A stretch of 61,309 nucleotides of DNA, filler included, from Hausera hauseri (taxonomy: Eukaryota), in assembly GCA_046269625.1 (NCBI GenBank). It is 7 parts of 7 records of this genome, joined end to end, with 100 filler letters (N's around TTAATTAATTAA, not from the genome) between each part and the next. Parts side by side here need not be neighbours in the genome. Positions count along the whole stretch, not along the records: positions 48,702 to 61,309 come from JBJURY010024452.1; 6 more parts are not named here. One strand, 5' to 3'. This document shows positions 60,918-61,309 of this stretch, piece after piece (position 1 is the first letter of the stretch; each line of letters starts with the position of its first letter). The notes under the pieces are model-generated. The model saw nothing but the letters and a program-made list of their open reading frames with translations, was not told the origin of the DNA and did no database searches. A program made the translations under genes and the position numbers.

Positions 60918-61309
60918 AGTGGGCGTACTCGAGTCAAACTTTCCCCAACAATATCAATGCGTTTAGAAGTGCTTACTGATGACGCACAATAAATCTCGTA
61001 CAGATCAGTTGATGTGTCACTGAAATCTAACAATTTGAATAATGTAGGGGGCGCACTTGAGTCAGATGTTAACCCACCATATCAATGTGTCCACAAGTGC
61101 TCACTTATGATGCACAATAAATCTGGTTCAGATCGGATAATGTATCACTGAGATATAACTGTTGGAATAATGTAGGGGGCGCAATGGAGTCAAAATTTAC
61201 ACCACAATATCAATGCATTTAGAACTGCTCCCTGATGATGCACAATAAATCTCGTGCAGATCGGATGATTTTTCACTGAGATATAACTGTAGTAATAGTA
61301 TAGGGGGCG
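60918..61309. repeat. 128-bp tandem repeat (3 units; weaker copies at ~60290-60560)
   Basis: TAGGGGGCG at 61045, 61173, 61301; GCACAATAAATCT in each unit. Confidence 0.9.

Noticed and set aside
1-61309. One giant-virus or hybrid Polinton-retroelement genome
   Set aside because: The parts lie on separate contigs joined by linkers, with two different PolBs and host genes; no physical linkage is shown.

Overview
Eukaryotic (animal) DNA made of seven contigs joined by artificial 100-bp linkers (N44-TTAATTAATTAA-N44 at 10529-10628, 21782-21881, 26981-27080, 33272-33371, 37969-38068, 48602-48701). Nothing can be inferred from adjacency across linkers. Contig 1 holds a decayed Ty3/Gypsy element, Polinton/Maverick (adintovirus-like) capsid-gene remnants, a nearly intact protein-primed PolB and two aldehyde-dehydrogenase exons. 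Contig 2 is a decayed Polinton core (adenain, major capsid, cupiennin-like, two penton-like genes, integrase, pX-like, packaging ATPase) plus a TBP-like gene, dUTPase and a DEDD-like nuclease. Contigs 3 and 6 are two diverged LTR elements of one unusual type: a ubiquitin-like domain, an AT-hook and a chuvirus-like (class III, gB-like) glycoprotein lie after gag (contig 3) and before a Ty3/Gypsy PR-RT-RH-IN pol (contig 6). Contig 6 also has a second type-I membrane protein in frame after the integrase. This is the strongest candidate for an undescribed system. Contig 4 has host PSMD8/Rpn12, contig 5 a second decayed pPolB, and contig 7 is repeat-rich DNA resembling teleost sequence. All family assignments come from motif recognition by eye; no searches were run.
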